A DNA stretch of 32,000 bases from an uncultured Opitutales bacterium (lineage in GTDB: Bacteria > Verrucomicrobiota > Verrucomicrobiia > Opitutales > Intestinicryptomonadaceae). Made by a program: the position numbers and the translations under genes. The notes below the pieces were generated by a model. The model saw only the letters and a list, made by a program, of their open reading frames with translations. It made no database searches and was not told the origin of the DNA. The stretch's first letter is position 1, and every line of letters starts with the position of its first letter. This document shows positions 8,064-16,939 of this stretch, piece by piece. The stretch covers positions 78,418 to 110,417 of the forward strand of contig CAKUIA010000006.1 in the NCBI GenBank assembly GCA_934660865.1. Reading direction: 5' to 3'.

Positions 8064-8318
8064 TCCAATTACATTTACACACGCGGGTATACTGTGGCGG
8101 AGCTTGAGGCTTTGCTTGTTCGGGTAAAAGCCGAGCGCGAAAAGTATCTTCAATCGGCTTCCGATAGCGGAAGCTCGTATTCACGCATCGCGCTTTCGGA
8201 AATCGAGAAGAAGTTCAACGGCATAATGGACGCGTTGGAGCTTCTCGCGCCCGAAAAATACCCCAAAACAAACCGCCGAATTTCCCTTAGCGGCGTAGTA
8301 GGAGGAGTTATCCAATGA
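8061..8318 (+). CDS. gpW-like head-tail joining protein (85 aa)
   Basis: Small protein between the GpA terminase and a lambda-family portal, the position of lambda W. Helical AELEALLVRVKAEREKYL ... SEIEKKFNGIMDALELL pattern. ATGA overlap with the portal gene. Confidence 0.5.
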   Translation: MSNYIYTRGYTVAELEALLVRVKAEREKYLQSASDSGSSYSRIALSEIEKKFNGIMDALELLAPEKYPKTNRRISLSGVVGGVIQ

Positions 8319-9730
8319 CGCTACGGAGGAAAATCGCCAATATGTTCTACGGAATCGGGCACGCGTTCGAGTCTGCAAAGGTTTCGCTTTCGCGCGGCAA
8401 CCCAAACACGCTGAACCCTACGGACGCGAGCGCGGAACTGCCCTCATGCACAAGAAGCGAACTTGTCCGCAAAGCCAGATACCTCGAAAAGAATTCGGGG
8501 CACATTCGTGGAATTCTGCGCGATTTGAAAGTCTACGGAATCGGCAAGGGAATCTACCCTAACGCGAAATCCGACAACCACGCTTGGAATAAGCAGGCGG
8601 AGGATTTCTTCTTCAAATGGAGCAGACATTGCGACATCACAAACCGCTTTTCTTGGCGCGAATGCCAGTCGATGATTCTGCGCGCGCTTATCGTCGACGG
8701 CGAAATCTTCGTAATAAAAACATTCGACAGCTTCGGCGTTCCCAAAATCCAGCTAATAGAAAGCCACCGCCTAATGTCGCCAAGCGACTCTGATAGCGGG
8801 CGCATTGTTGACGGAATGGAGTTCGACAAATTCGGGAGGGTTAAAAATTACTACTTCGTTGTAGGCGATGATTCGCAAACCACCAAAGTTCCCGCAAACG
8901 CAGTTTTGCATATCTTCGATCCTGAACGCGTTTCGCAGGCGCGGGCTTACCCGCAAATTCAACATTCGATAAACGACGTAATCGACAGAAAGGAAATTCT
9001 CGCTCTCGAAAAAAAGAAAGTGAAGGCGATTTCCGACATCGTCCATATCCTGAAAGGCGGTCAGGGAATGACGCTTGACGGAGACTATAAAGTTGACGTA
9101 GGCAACCGCCCAGAGGGCACGTCTACGGCAACACTAAACCGAATATTGGGTGGCAAAAATATCCGAATCGACCCCGACGAAAGCATAGACGTTCACGAAA
9201 GCAATACTCCGTCTCCCACATTTTCGGGCTTTTTGACGGAACTTGACCGTTCTGGAAGTCTCGGCGTTCTCCCCTACGAATTTGTCATAGACCCGTCGAA
9301 AATCGGCGGAGCTTCGGTGCGTCTCATTGCCTCGAAAACACAACGATACATCGACGACATCGCGCAAATCATAGACGAACGCTTCAACGATGCCGTATGG
9401 TTCTTCGTTATCGGCTGGGCAATCGACAGCGGAACTTTACCCGCCCAAAATTGGTGGTGGTATTGCTCTTGGACTCACCCGCGCAAACTCACCGTCGACG
9501 CGGGACGAGAGGAACAGCAAAACCGCGCAAATGTCGAAATGGGCTTGAAGACGCTCGAAGAAAGCTTCGCCGAATGCGGGCAGGATTTCGAGGACGAAAT
9601 GCGCACGCGCGCCGACAACGCCCGCTTCATTATGCGCTTGGCTGGAATCCCCGACAGCGAGCCGATTCCGCTTTATATGCTCTACAAGGTAAACGGCACA
9701 CAGGTAATCGAAAAATCCGATGACAAATAA
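8315..9730 (+). CDS. portal protein, lambda family
   Basis: 471 aa. Synteny is terminase-W-portal-S49. ELVRKARYLEKNSGHIRGILRDLKVYGIGKGI resembles the N-terminal portal_2 pattern. GGAGG Shine-Dalgarno upstream. Confidence 0.8.
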   Translation: MTLRRKIANMFYGIGHAFESAKVSLSRGNPNTLNPTDASAELPSCTRSELVRKARYLEKNSGHIRGILRDLKVYGIGKGIYPNAKSDNHAWNKQAEDFFFKWSRHCDITNRFSWRECQSMILRALIVDGEIFVIKTFDSFGVPKIQLIESHRLMSPSDSDSGRIVDGMEFDKFGRVKNYYFVVGDDSQTTKVPANAVLHIFDPERVSQARAYPQIQHSINDVIDRKEILALEKKKVKAISDIVHILKGGQGMTLDGDYKVDVGNRPEGTSTATLNRILGGKNIRIDPDESIDVHESNTPSPTFSGFLTELDRSGSLGVLPYEFVIDPSKIGGASVRLIASKTQRYIDDIAQIIDERFNDAVWFFVIGWAIDSGTLPAQNWWWYCSWTHPRKLTVDAGREEQQNRANVEMGLKTLEESFAECGQDFEDEMRTRADNARFIMRLAGIPDSEPIPLYMLYKVNGTQVIEKSDDK

Positions 9731-10544
9731 CATTTTTCTAAACGGCATTTGCAGACCGTGGAATATCCACGCTGGAACGTTTCTTGCGCTTTCGCTTAGA
9801 ACACTTGCGGAGGCTTCGGGCGGAAATTCACTCGAAACTTGGCGGGAGAAATTCTCGCAATTCGTCCCGCAACGAAGCCCGCTTTCAATAGACGAAAACG
9901 GAATTGCGCATATTTCAATTCACGGAACGCTTTTCAACAAGGAAGCCCCGTATTTTGTGGCGGGCTACGGCGGAACCGACTACGCGGAAATTCTGCGCGA
10001 CATCGAAACCGTTTCCGAAAAAGCGAAAGCGATTTTCCTGAAAATAGATTCTGGCGGCGGGCACGCCTGCGGGAACGACAAAGTGGCAAAAGCCGTTTCG
10101 CAGTGCGCAAAGCCCGTATTCGCCTACACCGACGGAATGTGCTGCTCGGCGGCATACGCGATAGCTTCGGGCGCGTCCTACATCTGCGCTTCGGCAGATT
10201 CAACCGTTGGCAGTATCGGAACAATTCTTCCGCTAATGGATGTTTCGGGGCTTTGGCAGTCGCTCGGGATAAAGCCCGACTACATCACAAACCGCGAGGG
10301 AACGCTCAAAACGGCGGGCTATCCGCCGAGCCAGAACGAAGCCGAACGCGCCGCCCTGCAAGCCGAAACGCAGGAGTATTTCGAGCTTTTCAAATCGCAC
10401 GTTTTGGCAAACAGGCAAATTGCAAATGATGATATGCGCGGACAGGCGTTTGTGGGCGCTGATGCGTTAAAGCACGGACTTGTAGACGAAATCTGCGACG
10501 AAAAAACCGCCTACAATAAACTCAAAATTTTGACAACTTGCTAA
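9720..10544 (+). CDS. S49 (SppA/ClpP-like) prohead protease
   Basis: IFLKIDSGGGHA, YTDGMCCSAAYAIASGASYICASADSTVGSIG (serine nucleophile context of the S49 family). Follows the portal as lambda gpC does. Confidence 0.85.
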   Translation: MTNNIFLNGICRPWNIHAGTFLALSLRTLAEASGGNSLETWREKFSQFVPQRSPLSIDENGIAHISIHGTLFNKEAPYFVAGYGGTDYAEILRDIETVSEKAKAIFLKIDSGGGHACGNDKVAKAVSQCAKPVFAYTDGMCCSAAYAIASGASYICASADSTVGSIGTILPLMDVSGLWQSLGIKPDYITNREGTLKTAGYPPSQNEAERAALQAETQEYFELFKSHVLANRQIANDDMRGQAFVGADALKHGLVDEICDEKTAYNKLKILTTC

Positions 10545-10552
10545 GAAGTATG
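10527..10552 (+). promoter_or_regulatory. ATTTTGACA-N14-ATG motif copy (f)
   Basis: TTGACA at 10530-10535, lying inside the last codons of the protease gene. ATG at 10550. Confidence 0.5.
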
Positions 10553-10954
10553 GACGAATCTAAACAAAAAACACTTGCCGATGCCATCGCGAAAATCGAG
10601 ACGCTTTCGGCGGAAAATACGAATCTTGCTTCGGATTTGGAAGCGGCAAAGGCGCGCATCTGCGAACTCGAAAACGAATTGTCCGCCGAAAAGTCGGCGC
10701 ATAATTCGGCAAACGAAAAACTCTCCGCGCTCGAAGCAAAGCACCGAGACATCGACAAAGAGGTTTCGGCAAAAGTCGCAAAAGTTGCGGCTCAAAGCGG
10801 AGTTTCACCGATTGTCGACGTTTCCAACAGTAGCAACAATGAAAGCCTTGAAGAGCTTGCAAAGCGCATTGACGCCGCCCACGGAATCGAAAAGGCGAAG
10901 CTCATCGAGAAAAACTACGACCGCATTATGTCGGCAATGAAAGGAGCGTGCTAA
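10550..10954 (+). CDS. putative scaffolding protein (coiled coil, 134 aa)
   Basis: Ala/Glu/Lys-rich heptad-like sequence (LSAENTNLASDLEAAKARICELENELSAEK). Positioned between the protease and the capsid gene. Confidence 0.6.
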   Translation: MDESKQKTLADAIAKIETLSAENTNLASDLEAAKARICELENELSAEKSAHNSANEKLSALEAKHRDIDKEVSAKVAKVAAQSGVSPIVDVSNSSNNESLEELAKRIDAAHGIEKAKLIEKNYDRIMSAMKGAC

Positions 10955-11848
10955 GTGAACACTATTCCCGTAGCGTTAAGGCGTTCGCTGATTTTGAAGT
11001 CGGCGATGGAGGAATTCAAGCACAAGCTCATTCCGCTTGGGCTGTTTTCAACGGTTCTTCGCAACGTTCCGCTCGAAGGCAACAACGAAATCGACATTCC
11101 GTATATCCCGCTTGCTACGAGCGCGAGCAAGGATTTTGACGGAACGTATAAGTTCGACAAGGGCGATATGCAGTCGCGCAAAATCACGGTGGACAGGCGC
11201 AAATACCAGTCGCTTACCTACACTTCCGAAGAAAAGGCGCGCCAGCCGTATTTCGACCCGATTACATTGGGCAGGCTCAAGGGCGCGAAGCTTGCCGAAG
11301 ACGTATTGCTCGACATTTTGTCGGTAATCACCAAGGCGAATTTCGGAGAGGCGATTCTTATAAGAAACGCGACGGACTTCGACACGGACGACATCATCGA
11401 CCTTGAAACGAAGATTGACGAGCTTGAATGGCCCGATTCTCCGCGCGGAATACTTTTGAAATCGTCGTATATGGCGAACGTAAAAAAGGACATCAAAACT
11501 TCTGGCGGGCTTGCAAACTTCGGTTTTTCCGCGTTGGGCGAGCTGCCGAACCTTTTGGGATTTAGCTTTTCCAAGTTTAACAGGCTTCCGCACAACAACG
11601 AAAAGTTGCAGGGCTTTGTTGTGTATCCGTCGGCGATAATGGTTGCCCTTGCGCCGATTCAGCCCACCGCAAACGTTATGAAGCAACTTTCGACATACAC
11701 GACCTACACCGACCAGCAAACTGGGCTTACACTTGAATACCGCGCTTGGGGCGACGCCGACACGGACGCTTCAAAGGAAATCATTGAGTGCAACTACGGT
11801 TTCGGCGTTGGCGAAAGCAAAGCATTAAAGCGCATAGTTTCGGAATAA
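10955..11848 (+). CDS. putative major capsid protein (297 aa)
   Basis: Called by position after protease and scaffold. GTG start with AAAGGAG upstream. Strong coding signal. No fold-specific motif recognised. Confidence 0.55.
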   Translation: MNTIPVALRRSLILKSAMEEFKHKLIPLGLFSTVLRNVPLEGNNEIDIPYIPLATSASKDFDGTYKFDKGDMQSRKITVDRRKYQSLTYTSEEKARQPYFDPITLGRLKGAKLAEDVLLDILSVITKANFGEAILIRNATDFDTDDIIDLETKIDELEWPDSPRGILLKSSYMANVKKDIKTSGGLANFGFSALGELPNLLGFSFSKFNRLPHNNEKLQGFVVYPSAIMVALAPIQPTANVMKQLSTYTTYTDQQTGLTLEYRAWGDADTDASKEIIECNYGFGVGESKALKRIVSE

Positions 11849-12066
11849 TGAACTCGTTTATAACTGTGGCATATAAGGCAAACGGAACATCGGAAATTTT
11901 GGCAACGCCCGATGTTTCCTATGCCAAACAGCGCGAAATTTTCAAAACCCTGAAAGGCGGCTATACCGAAGTCGAGGTTTGGAGCCGTTCTATGGGCAAG
12001 ATTAAGCAACGCAAAGTTTCAAAAGAATCAAAAGTTTCCAAAACTTCAAAAACATCAAAGGAGTAG
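11848..12066 (+). CDS. hypothetical protein (72 aa), Lys/Ser-rich tail
   Basis: The ATG overlaps the capsid stop (TAATG). C-terminus is KVSKESKVSKTSKTSKE. Confidence 0.45.
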   Translation: MNSFITVAYKANGTSEILATPDVSYAKQREIFKTLKGGYTEVEVWSRSMGKIKQRKVSKESKVSKTSKTSKE

Positions 12067-12069
12067 AAG

Positions 12070-12375
12070 ATGAGAGAAAACGACATTTTAAGAATCAGAC
12101 CCGAACACACTCACGCTGGCGGTTTGCAAATTTGCGACGACGGCGCGGACGGAACAGTTCAAAAACTGGGCTTTTTCGGCGCGACGCCTACCGTTCAGCG
12201 CAAAGGCGCGGCTCAAGCAAATGTTGCGACTGCTGAAATTGCGAATGCGGCGGGCGAAGCTCCGACAGCGGCTGAATACAATGCGGCTGTTACGCAGATT
12301 AACGCCCTTACCGTGCTTGTAAACGAACTGCGAGACGCCCTCGTCGAAAAAGGCCTGATAAAAGGTTCGGCATAG
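12070..12375 (+). CDS. hypothetical head-associated protein (101 aa)
   Basis: AAGGAG Shine-Dalgarno. KLGFFGATPTVQ and an Ala-rich helical C-terminus. Last gene before a terminator. Confidence 0.5.
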   Translation: MRENDILRIRPEHTHAGGLQICDDGADGTVQKLGFFGATPTVQRKGAAQANVATAEIANAAGEAPTAAEYNAAVTQINALTVLVNELRDALVEKGLIKGSA

Positions 12376-12398
12376 AATTTTGAATACGATTCCATTCG

Positions 12399-12428
12399 GA
12401 GAGCTTTCGCAAGGAAACTCTCTTTTTT
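12399..12428 (+). terminator. Rho-independent terminator
   Basis: GAGAGCTTTC-GCAA-GGAAACTCTC stem (one mismatch, one G-U pair) followed by TTTTTT. Confidence 0.7.
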
Positions 12429-12444
12429 ATACGATTTTCATTTG

Positions 12445-12903
12445 CTATGATACTCGAAAGTTTTTCGCAGAAGTTGGTGTAATCTGAAATATAATCCCAT
12501 CGTGCCTAATCAAATACAGCACATTTAGGGAGTCATTTGTTATTAGAATATCGTCCGATGATGGATACCAAATATACTTAAAATAGTCGCAGAAATCCGC
12601 ATAATTAAAAATATCCATAGGGCATTCATAACCCCATATAACGATTATATTATCGGATTGGTCAGATAGTAGATTCAAAGACTTGATAGAAAAGTCTTCT
12701 GATGTTGCGTCCGTATTTTCAATATATTTTCCAGCTTCCTGAACTTTGTTAAAATCAGATATATCTAAATTATAACGCAACGACAGTTTTCTTGTAATCG
12801 ATTCGCTTTCCTTTTTTGATAATGTATTGAATGAAGGAAATTTCGATTGTGTTTCATTTTCAAATATTGAAATTTTGAATGAGTCCACTCTTCTTATCCC
12901 CAA
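12445..12903 (-). CDS. hypothetical protein (about 147-152 aa), third gene of the Phd/PIN operon
   Basis: AT-rich ORF starting 12 nt after the PIN stop. It has no in-frame ATG near its 5' end, so it must use TTG 12903 or GTG 12888. No motif recognised. Confidence 0.5.
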   Translation of the reverse strand: MGIRRVDSFKISIFENETQSKFPSFNTLSKKESESITRKLSLRYNLDISDFNKVQEAGKYIENTDATSEDFSIKSLNLLSDQSDNIIVIWGYECPMDIFNYADFCDYFKYIWYPSSDDILITNDSLNVLYLIRHDGIIFQITPTSAKNFRVS

Positions 12904-12915
12904 TTTCGTTTGCCT

Positions 12916-13317
12916 TTACAAAAACTCCAACGCTTCGGCGGGAGAAAGAACCGTTATGCCGAGCTTTTTCATAAGCGGTTTGGGATAGTGTTTTGCATTT
13001 CCCGTAACGATTATTTTATCCTGCGTTGCAAGTGCCGCTTCTATGAAAATTTTGTCGTCAATATCGGGAAGTTCTTCGGAAATATGCACGGGTTCTATCG
13101 GGTCAGTTCCCATTAAATCCACAAGAAATATGTTTACGCATTCCTCGGTGAGGTGAAATCGCGGGCGGGACAAAACTTCGAGATATTCGCAGATTATTCG
13201 GTTGTCGTAAACCGCTGTAAAATTTTCGCCCATTTTCGACATCAGCAAATGCGGCGAACCGTTTGTGCTCAAAAACGCCGAAACAACGACATTTGTATCA
13301 ATTACAAAAGTCTTCAT
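12916..13317 (-). CDS. PIN-domain toxin (VapC-like)
   Basis: Starts MKTFVIDTNVVVSAF (first acidic PIN residue). Later acidic residues in PDIDDKIFIEAA, and TGNAKHY. 133 aa. Overlaps the upstream antitoxin by 4 nt. Confidence 0.8.
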   Translation of the reverse strand: MKTFVIDTNVVVSAFLSTNGSPHLLMSKMGENFTAVYDNRIICEYLEVLSRPRFHLTEECVNIFLVDLMGTDPIEPVHISEELPDIDDKIFIEAALATQDKIIVTGNAKHYPKPLMKKLGITVLSPAEALEFL

Positions 13318-13616
13318 TTTCTGTTCTTGCGTTCTTTTCTCGCTGCGGCGATTTCGGCGTCAATTTCCTCCATCGTCATATTGGAAGTTCCGTTCTTTAC
13401 CGCGCGCATTTGGCTACGCAAGAGCATTTGCTTGAATTTCATATGAACGACAGCGCGGATATCGGGCAACAGAGTATCCTCCGTTGTCGATATTAGAATG
13501 GAACGCGGCTTGCCGTCCTTTGTGATGACTACGAACCCGCTTTTGTCGACTTCCTTCATAACCTTGCCCGAATTTGTGGCAAGTTCTCTTGTGGCTACCA
13601 TTTTCATACGTTTCAT
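13314..13616 (-). CDS. Phd/YefM-like antitoxin
   Basis: VATRELATNSGKVMKEVDKSGFVVITKDGKPRSILIS matches the Phd/YefM N-terminal pattern. 100 aa with a basic C-terminus. Immediately precedes the PIN gene. Confidence 0.7.
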   Translation of the reverse strand: MKRMKMVATRELATNSGKVMKEVDKSGFVVITKDGKPRSILISTTEDTLLPDIRAVVHMKFKQMLLRSQMRAVKNGTSNMTMEEIDAEIAAARKERKNRK

Positions 13617-13661
13617 AGTGTTTTACATTTGTTTTATAGTGTTTTACATTTGTTTTATAGT
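13615..13661. repeat. about 2.2 tandem copies of a 21-bp unit AGTGTTTTACATTTGTTTTAT
   Basis: Perfect copies at 13617-13637 and 13638-13658, plus partial copies at each edge. Abuts the antitoxin start codon, so it is a likely operator/promoter of the TA operon. Confidence 0.8.
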
Positions 13662-13695
13662 CAAGCCTTTTATCGGCATAATCCGCGCGGTTTTA

Positions 13696-13721
13696 ATTTT
13701 GACATTCTGCTTTGCTATATG
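13696..13721 (+). promoter_or_regulatory. ATTTTGACA-N14-ATG motif copy (c)
   Basis: TTGACA at 13699-13704, spacer ttctgctttgctat, ATG at 13719. Confidence 0.6.
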
Positions 13722-14030
13722 GACTTTTTTAGTGAAATTAAATCGGCGTTGGAGGAAATCTTTTCTTCGTTTTCGCAGCCTGTTATCTGGCGCGGGCGCG
13801 TTATGAACGCGATAATAGCCGAGGGTCAAGAGGCGGTCGAATTGGAATCTGGCGGGTTTGTTCCCGATTCCACTTTTAATATGAAGTTCTTGGAGTCGGA
13901 ACTCGACGGCGAATATCCCCACATCGGCGAAGTTGTCGAATACAACGGCAGACAATTCCGTATACATTGGGTGTCTGTTCGCACAAATCGAGGGCAAGTT
14001 GAAATAACCCTAAAATCGATCGACAAATGA
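13719..14030 (+). CDS. hypothetical virion (head-tail connector region) protein (103 aa)
   Basis: Start set at ATG 13719 by the motif. ATGA overlap with the next gene. Called by position between head and tail modules. Confidence 0.5.
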   Translation: MDFFSEIKSALEEIFSSFSQPVIWRGRVMNAIIAEGQEAVELESGGFVPDSTFNMKFLESELDGEYPHIGEVVEYNGRQFRIHWVSVRTNRGQVEITLKSIDK

Positions 14031-14767
14031 GCGTGAATTTTGAAATCATTACAAAAGACTTTGAAAACACACTTGCAAAATACAAAGTCGCCTGCCGCAA
14101 GGATTGGCAATTTGTAATTCGGCAACAGTCGCGCATTGTCGGCGAAAAACTTGTGAAATTTACCCCGCCCAAAACAGCGTCAATAGGCAAGCGCAATGTT
14201 GCGCGGGACATCGGCAAAGTGTTTGCAGACCTAAGCAATACAAAATGGAACGACAAGTCTTTGGATAAAATGTGGCGCGCGGGCAACTTTGAGGGCGTAA
14301 AAAAGGCTCTCGAAAACCACCCGAATAGGCTTCAAATGCCCGTCTTTAAATACAAACGCATTTTCGCAAAGCCAGTCCGCAATATCCACAAGGCGGCAAT
14401 CAATAGAAGCGGAAGAGTCCCGAAAAATTGGCGGACTTCCTACGCCGTAGCTGGCAAAGGCGAACTTAAAAAATACGTCAAAAAGGTTCAACTGCAAGTG
14501 GGCGTTGCAAAGTCGGGCTGGCTTGCGGCACTTGTGAAGTTGGGAGGCAAAGCCCCGAATTTCGTTTCGCGCCACGGCACAAAATACGGCGGATTTGTCG
14601 ACGGCAACAAGGGAGACAATCCATTCTTTACCCTAATCAACAAGGTTTCGACATTCCCGCAGGGAGGCACTCCCGCAAGAATTTTACGCCGCGCATTCAT
14701 CGCACAAACAAAGGCTATGGGAAAAAATATCAAACGTCTGATGGATAAATCTGGAAGGATTTTCTAA
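14027..14767 (+). CDS. hypothetical virion morphogenesis protein (246 aa)
   Basis: Basic protein, translationally coupled on both sides. No secure motif. Confidence 0.5.
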   Translation: MSVNFEIITKDFENTLAKYKVACRKDWQFVIRQQSRIVGEKLVKFTPPKTASIGKRNVARDIGKVFADLSNTKWNDKSLDKMWRAGNFEGVKKALENHPNRLQMPVFKYKRIFAKPVRNIHKAAINRSGRVPKNWRTSYAVAGKGELKKYVKKVQLQVGVAKSGWLAALVKLGGKAPNFVSRHGTKYGGFVDGNKGDNPFFTLINKVSTFPQGGTPARILRRAFIAQTKAMGKNIKRLMDKSGRIF

Positions 14768-15165
14768 TGCGCGAAAAACTCGAAAACATACTCTATTCGA
14801 AGTTAAAAGCTTCGCTTCCTGCGGAATTTAAAACAATGCTTGTTCGCGGACATTCCACGAACGACAGGCACATTCCGTATATAAGCCTCGATGTCGGCGA
14901 ACTCCGCCCGTTCGGCGATTTGCAATCCACCGACGGAATGTTTGAAGCCGATGTAAGCGTCGCAATAGCCGATTCCGCCCACGACATTGAATACCCCGAA
15001 CTCTTCAAGCGCATTCGCGCGGTAATGTCGGCTTTCGAGAATTTTTCCTACGCGGAAGACAATATCCTAATAAACGCCATCTACTACGAAAACGAAACAG
15101 ACGCCAGAGACGACAACAATATGGGAATAATTTTGGCATATCGGGTAATTCTTCAATCCCTATGA
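14767..15165 (+). CDS. hypothetical neck/tail-completion protein (132 aa)
   Basis: TAATG coupling. Size and position are typical of tail-completion proteins. Assignment is by synteny only. Confidence 0.45.
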   Translation: MREKLENILYSKLKASLPAEFKTMLVRGHSTNDRHIPYISLDVGELRPFGDLQSTDGMFEADVSVAIADSAHDIEYPELFKRIRAVMSAFENFSYAEDNILINAIYYENETDARDDNNMGIILAYRVILQSL

Positions 15166-15192
15166 AAAAAATCAGCTCGACAAATTAAACAT

Positions 15193-15218
15193 ATTTGACA
15201 TCATACATGACTATAATG
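15193..15218 (+). promoter_or_regulatory. ATTTGACA-N15-ATG motif copy (h)
   Basis: TTGACA at 15195-15200, 15-nt spacer, ATG at 15216. An in-frame ATG also exists at 15207. Confidence 0.45.
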
Positions 15219-16118
15219 AAAAGGAAGTATAAAGTCGTATTAGGTCTTTTAGCGGCCTTTGGAGGGAAATTGTCCCGAAAGTACATGCAAAAGCTTGTAT
15301 TCTTGTTTTGCGAACGTAATGATTCTTCGTTGTTTACGTTCATTCCTTTTCGCTATGGGTGTTTTTCCGAAGAATTAGCAACCCTCCAAGAAAGTTTTAT
15401 TCAGGACGGATACTTGAAGAAAAACGAATTGTGGGAACTGTCAGACAAGGGAAGAAAACAAACCGTCGATATAGATCTGTTTGATTCGGAAGCCATAGAA
15501 AAATTAACTCGTCGTTTTGGAACACTTACAGAATCTGAAATCATAAAATATGTATACCAAACTCATCCGTATTATGCTATAAATAGCGTAATTTTGGATA
15601 AGATATTATCTCCAGAAGAGCAGAAACCGATACTACAGTTAAAGCGAAAATTAAAAAACGAAATAGACAACAAAAAAATTGTAAGTATCGGATATGAAGG
15701 ATACACAATAGACGATTATATAAAAATGCTTTTGGATAATCGAGTAAAAGTTTTATGTGATGTTAGAAAAAATCCAATAAGCCGCAAAAAAGGATTTTCG
15801 AAATCTGCTCTGTCATTTGCCTTGGAAAAATTGCACATAACTTACTATCATTTTCCCGAATTAGGAATTCCGTCAAACATGCGACAGAAGTTGGTTTCTC
15901 AGGAAGATTACGATAATCTTTTCTGTTTCTATGAAAAAAATATTTTATCTAAAAATTTTTCATACATAGAAGAAATTTCCTCTTTTCTTGACAAATTTGG
16001 AACGGTTGCGCTGTTATGCTTTGAAAAAAATCCTAATCAATGCCATAGGACGCGTATCGTTAATAGAATTCTTGAATACAGAGAAAACGATGTAAAGGCG
16101 ATTACGTCATGTCAGTAA
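15216..16118 (+). CDS. winged-helix-like N-terminal domain fused to a DUF488 domain
   Basis: C-terminal half has IVSIGYEGYTIDDYIKML..VKVLCDVRKNPISRKKGFSK..L...L....ITYYHFPELG ... ALLCFEKNPNQCHRTRI, which is the DUF488 pattern as I recall it. The N-terminus ends in DGYLKKNELWELSDKGRK, which is wing-like. AT-rich. Confidence 0.7.
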   Translation: MKRKYKVVLGLLAAFGGKLSRKYMQKLVFLFCERNDSSLFTFIPFRYGCFSEELATLQESFIQDGYLKKNELWELSDKGRKQTVDIDLFDSEAIEKLTRRFGTLTESEIIKYVYQTHPYYAINSVILDKILSPEEQKPILQLKRKLKNEIDNKKIVSIGYEGYTIDDYIKMLLDNRVKVLCDVRKNPISRKKGFSKSALSFALEKLHITYYHFPELGIPSNMRQKLVSQEDYDNLFCFYEKNILSKNFSYIEEISSFLDKFGTVALLCFEKNPNQCHRTRIVNRILEYRENDVKAITSCQ

Positions 16119-16939
16119 GTAAGAAAAGGATTTTTATAACGGTTAAAACTTACCCAAATCCATCAGCCTCATATGTTGAGACTGTTTGTACCGCAGGGAT
16201 TATTGAAAATGAAGGGTGGATTAGATTATATCCAATACCTTTTAGGGTATCGGACGAATACAAACAATTTAAAAAATACCAGTGGATTACTGTCGATGTT
16301 GTAAAAAGACCAGCTTCTTCCTCAGATAGACGTCCTGAAAGTTTCTCTCCGCAAGCAGGAACAATGAAATTGGGAAATATAATACCGAGCTCCTCAGATG
16401 CACGAAAAGATATTATATTCAAAAACACGAGAACTTATAATGATTTTGAAGAAATCTTCAAATTGGCAAGAGAATTTAAGATTTCATTAGCGACATTTAA
16501 GGCAACGCAAATACTTGATTTCTATGTAGAGCCAGTAAAAGAAAGAGATTGGACTCCCGAAGAACAGTCAAAATTGCGCAGAGAATTTTGCCAAGAAGAT
16601 TTATTTTCCGATTCACATCTTAGGGCTTCAAATTTACGAAAACTTCCATACAAGTTTAAATTTAAATTAGAAGATATAAAAGGGAAAATATCAAATATGA
16701 TGATAGAAGATTGGGAAGTCGGTGCGTTGTATTGGAATGTCTATAATTCAACAAAATCAGAGGAACAAGCGGTTAAGGCGGTAATTGATAAATATACATC
16801 TATATATAAGGAACAAGATTGTACTTTCTTTTTAGGCACTGTGAATAAAAACCAAAATATCAAAGCTCCAAATCCTTTTGTGATAATTGGACTTTTTCAC
16901 ACGCAAAAAACATTACAAACAGTTTTTAGTTTCGAATAG
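16109..16939 (+). CDS. hypothetical protein (276 aa), partner of the DUF488 gene
   Basis: Overlaps the upstream gene by 10 nt. N-terminus is ITVKTYPNPSASYVETVCTAGIIENEGWIRLYPIPFR. I cannot assign a named family. Confidence 0.6.
   Translation: MSVSKKRIFITVKTYPNPSASYVETVCTAGIIENEGWIRLYPIPFRVSDEYKQFKKYQWITVDVVKRPASSSDRRPESFSPQAGTMKLGNIIPSSSDARKDIIFKNTRTYNDFEEIFKLAREFKISLATFKATQILDFYVEPVKERDWTPEEQSKLRREFCQEDLFSDSHLRASNLRKLPYKFKFKLEDIKGKISNMMIEDWEVGALYWNVYNSTKSEEQAVKAVIDKYTSIYKEQDCTFFLGTVNKNQNIKAPNPFVIIGLFHTQKTLQTVFSFE

Noticed and set aside
9839-10429. Long alternative-frame and antisense ORFs in the track (for example 9839..10429, 11048..11719, 20991..21383, 21416..22054, 24361..24873, 25402..25866)
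   Set aside because: They are Arg/Ser/Pro-rich shadow ORFs fully nested in genes that have recognisable domains or strong synteny. They have no independent start context.
13615-13661. Tandem 21-bp repeats (and the collagen-coding repeats at 21194-21847) as possible CRISPR arrays
   Set aside because: The repeats are contiguous with no spacers. The first set has only about 2 copies in a promoter region, and the second is in-frame Gly-X-Y coding sequence.
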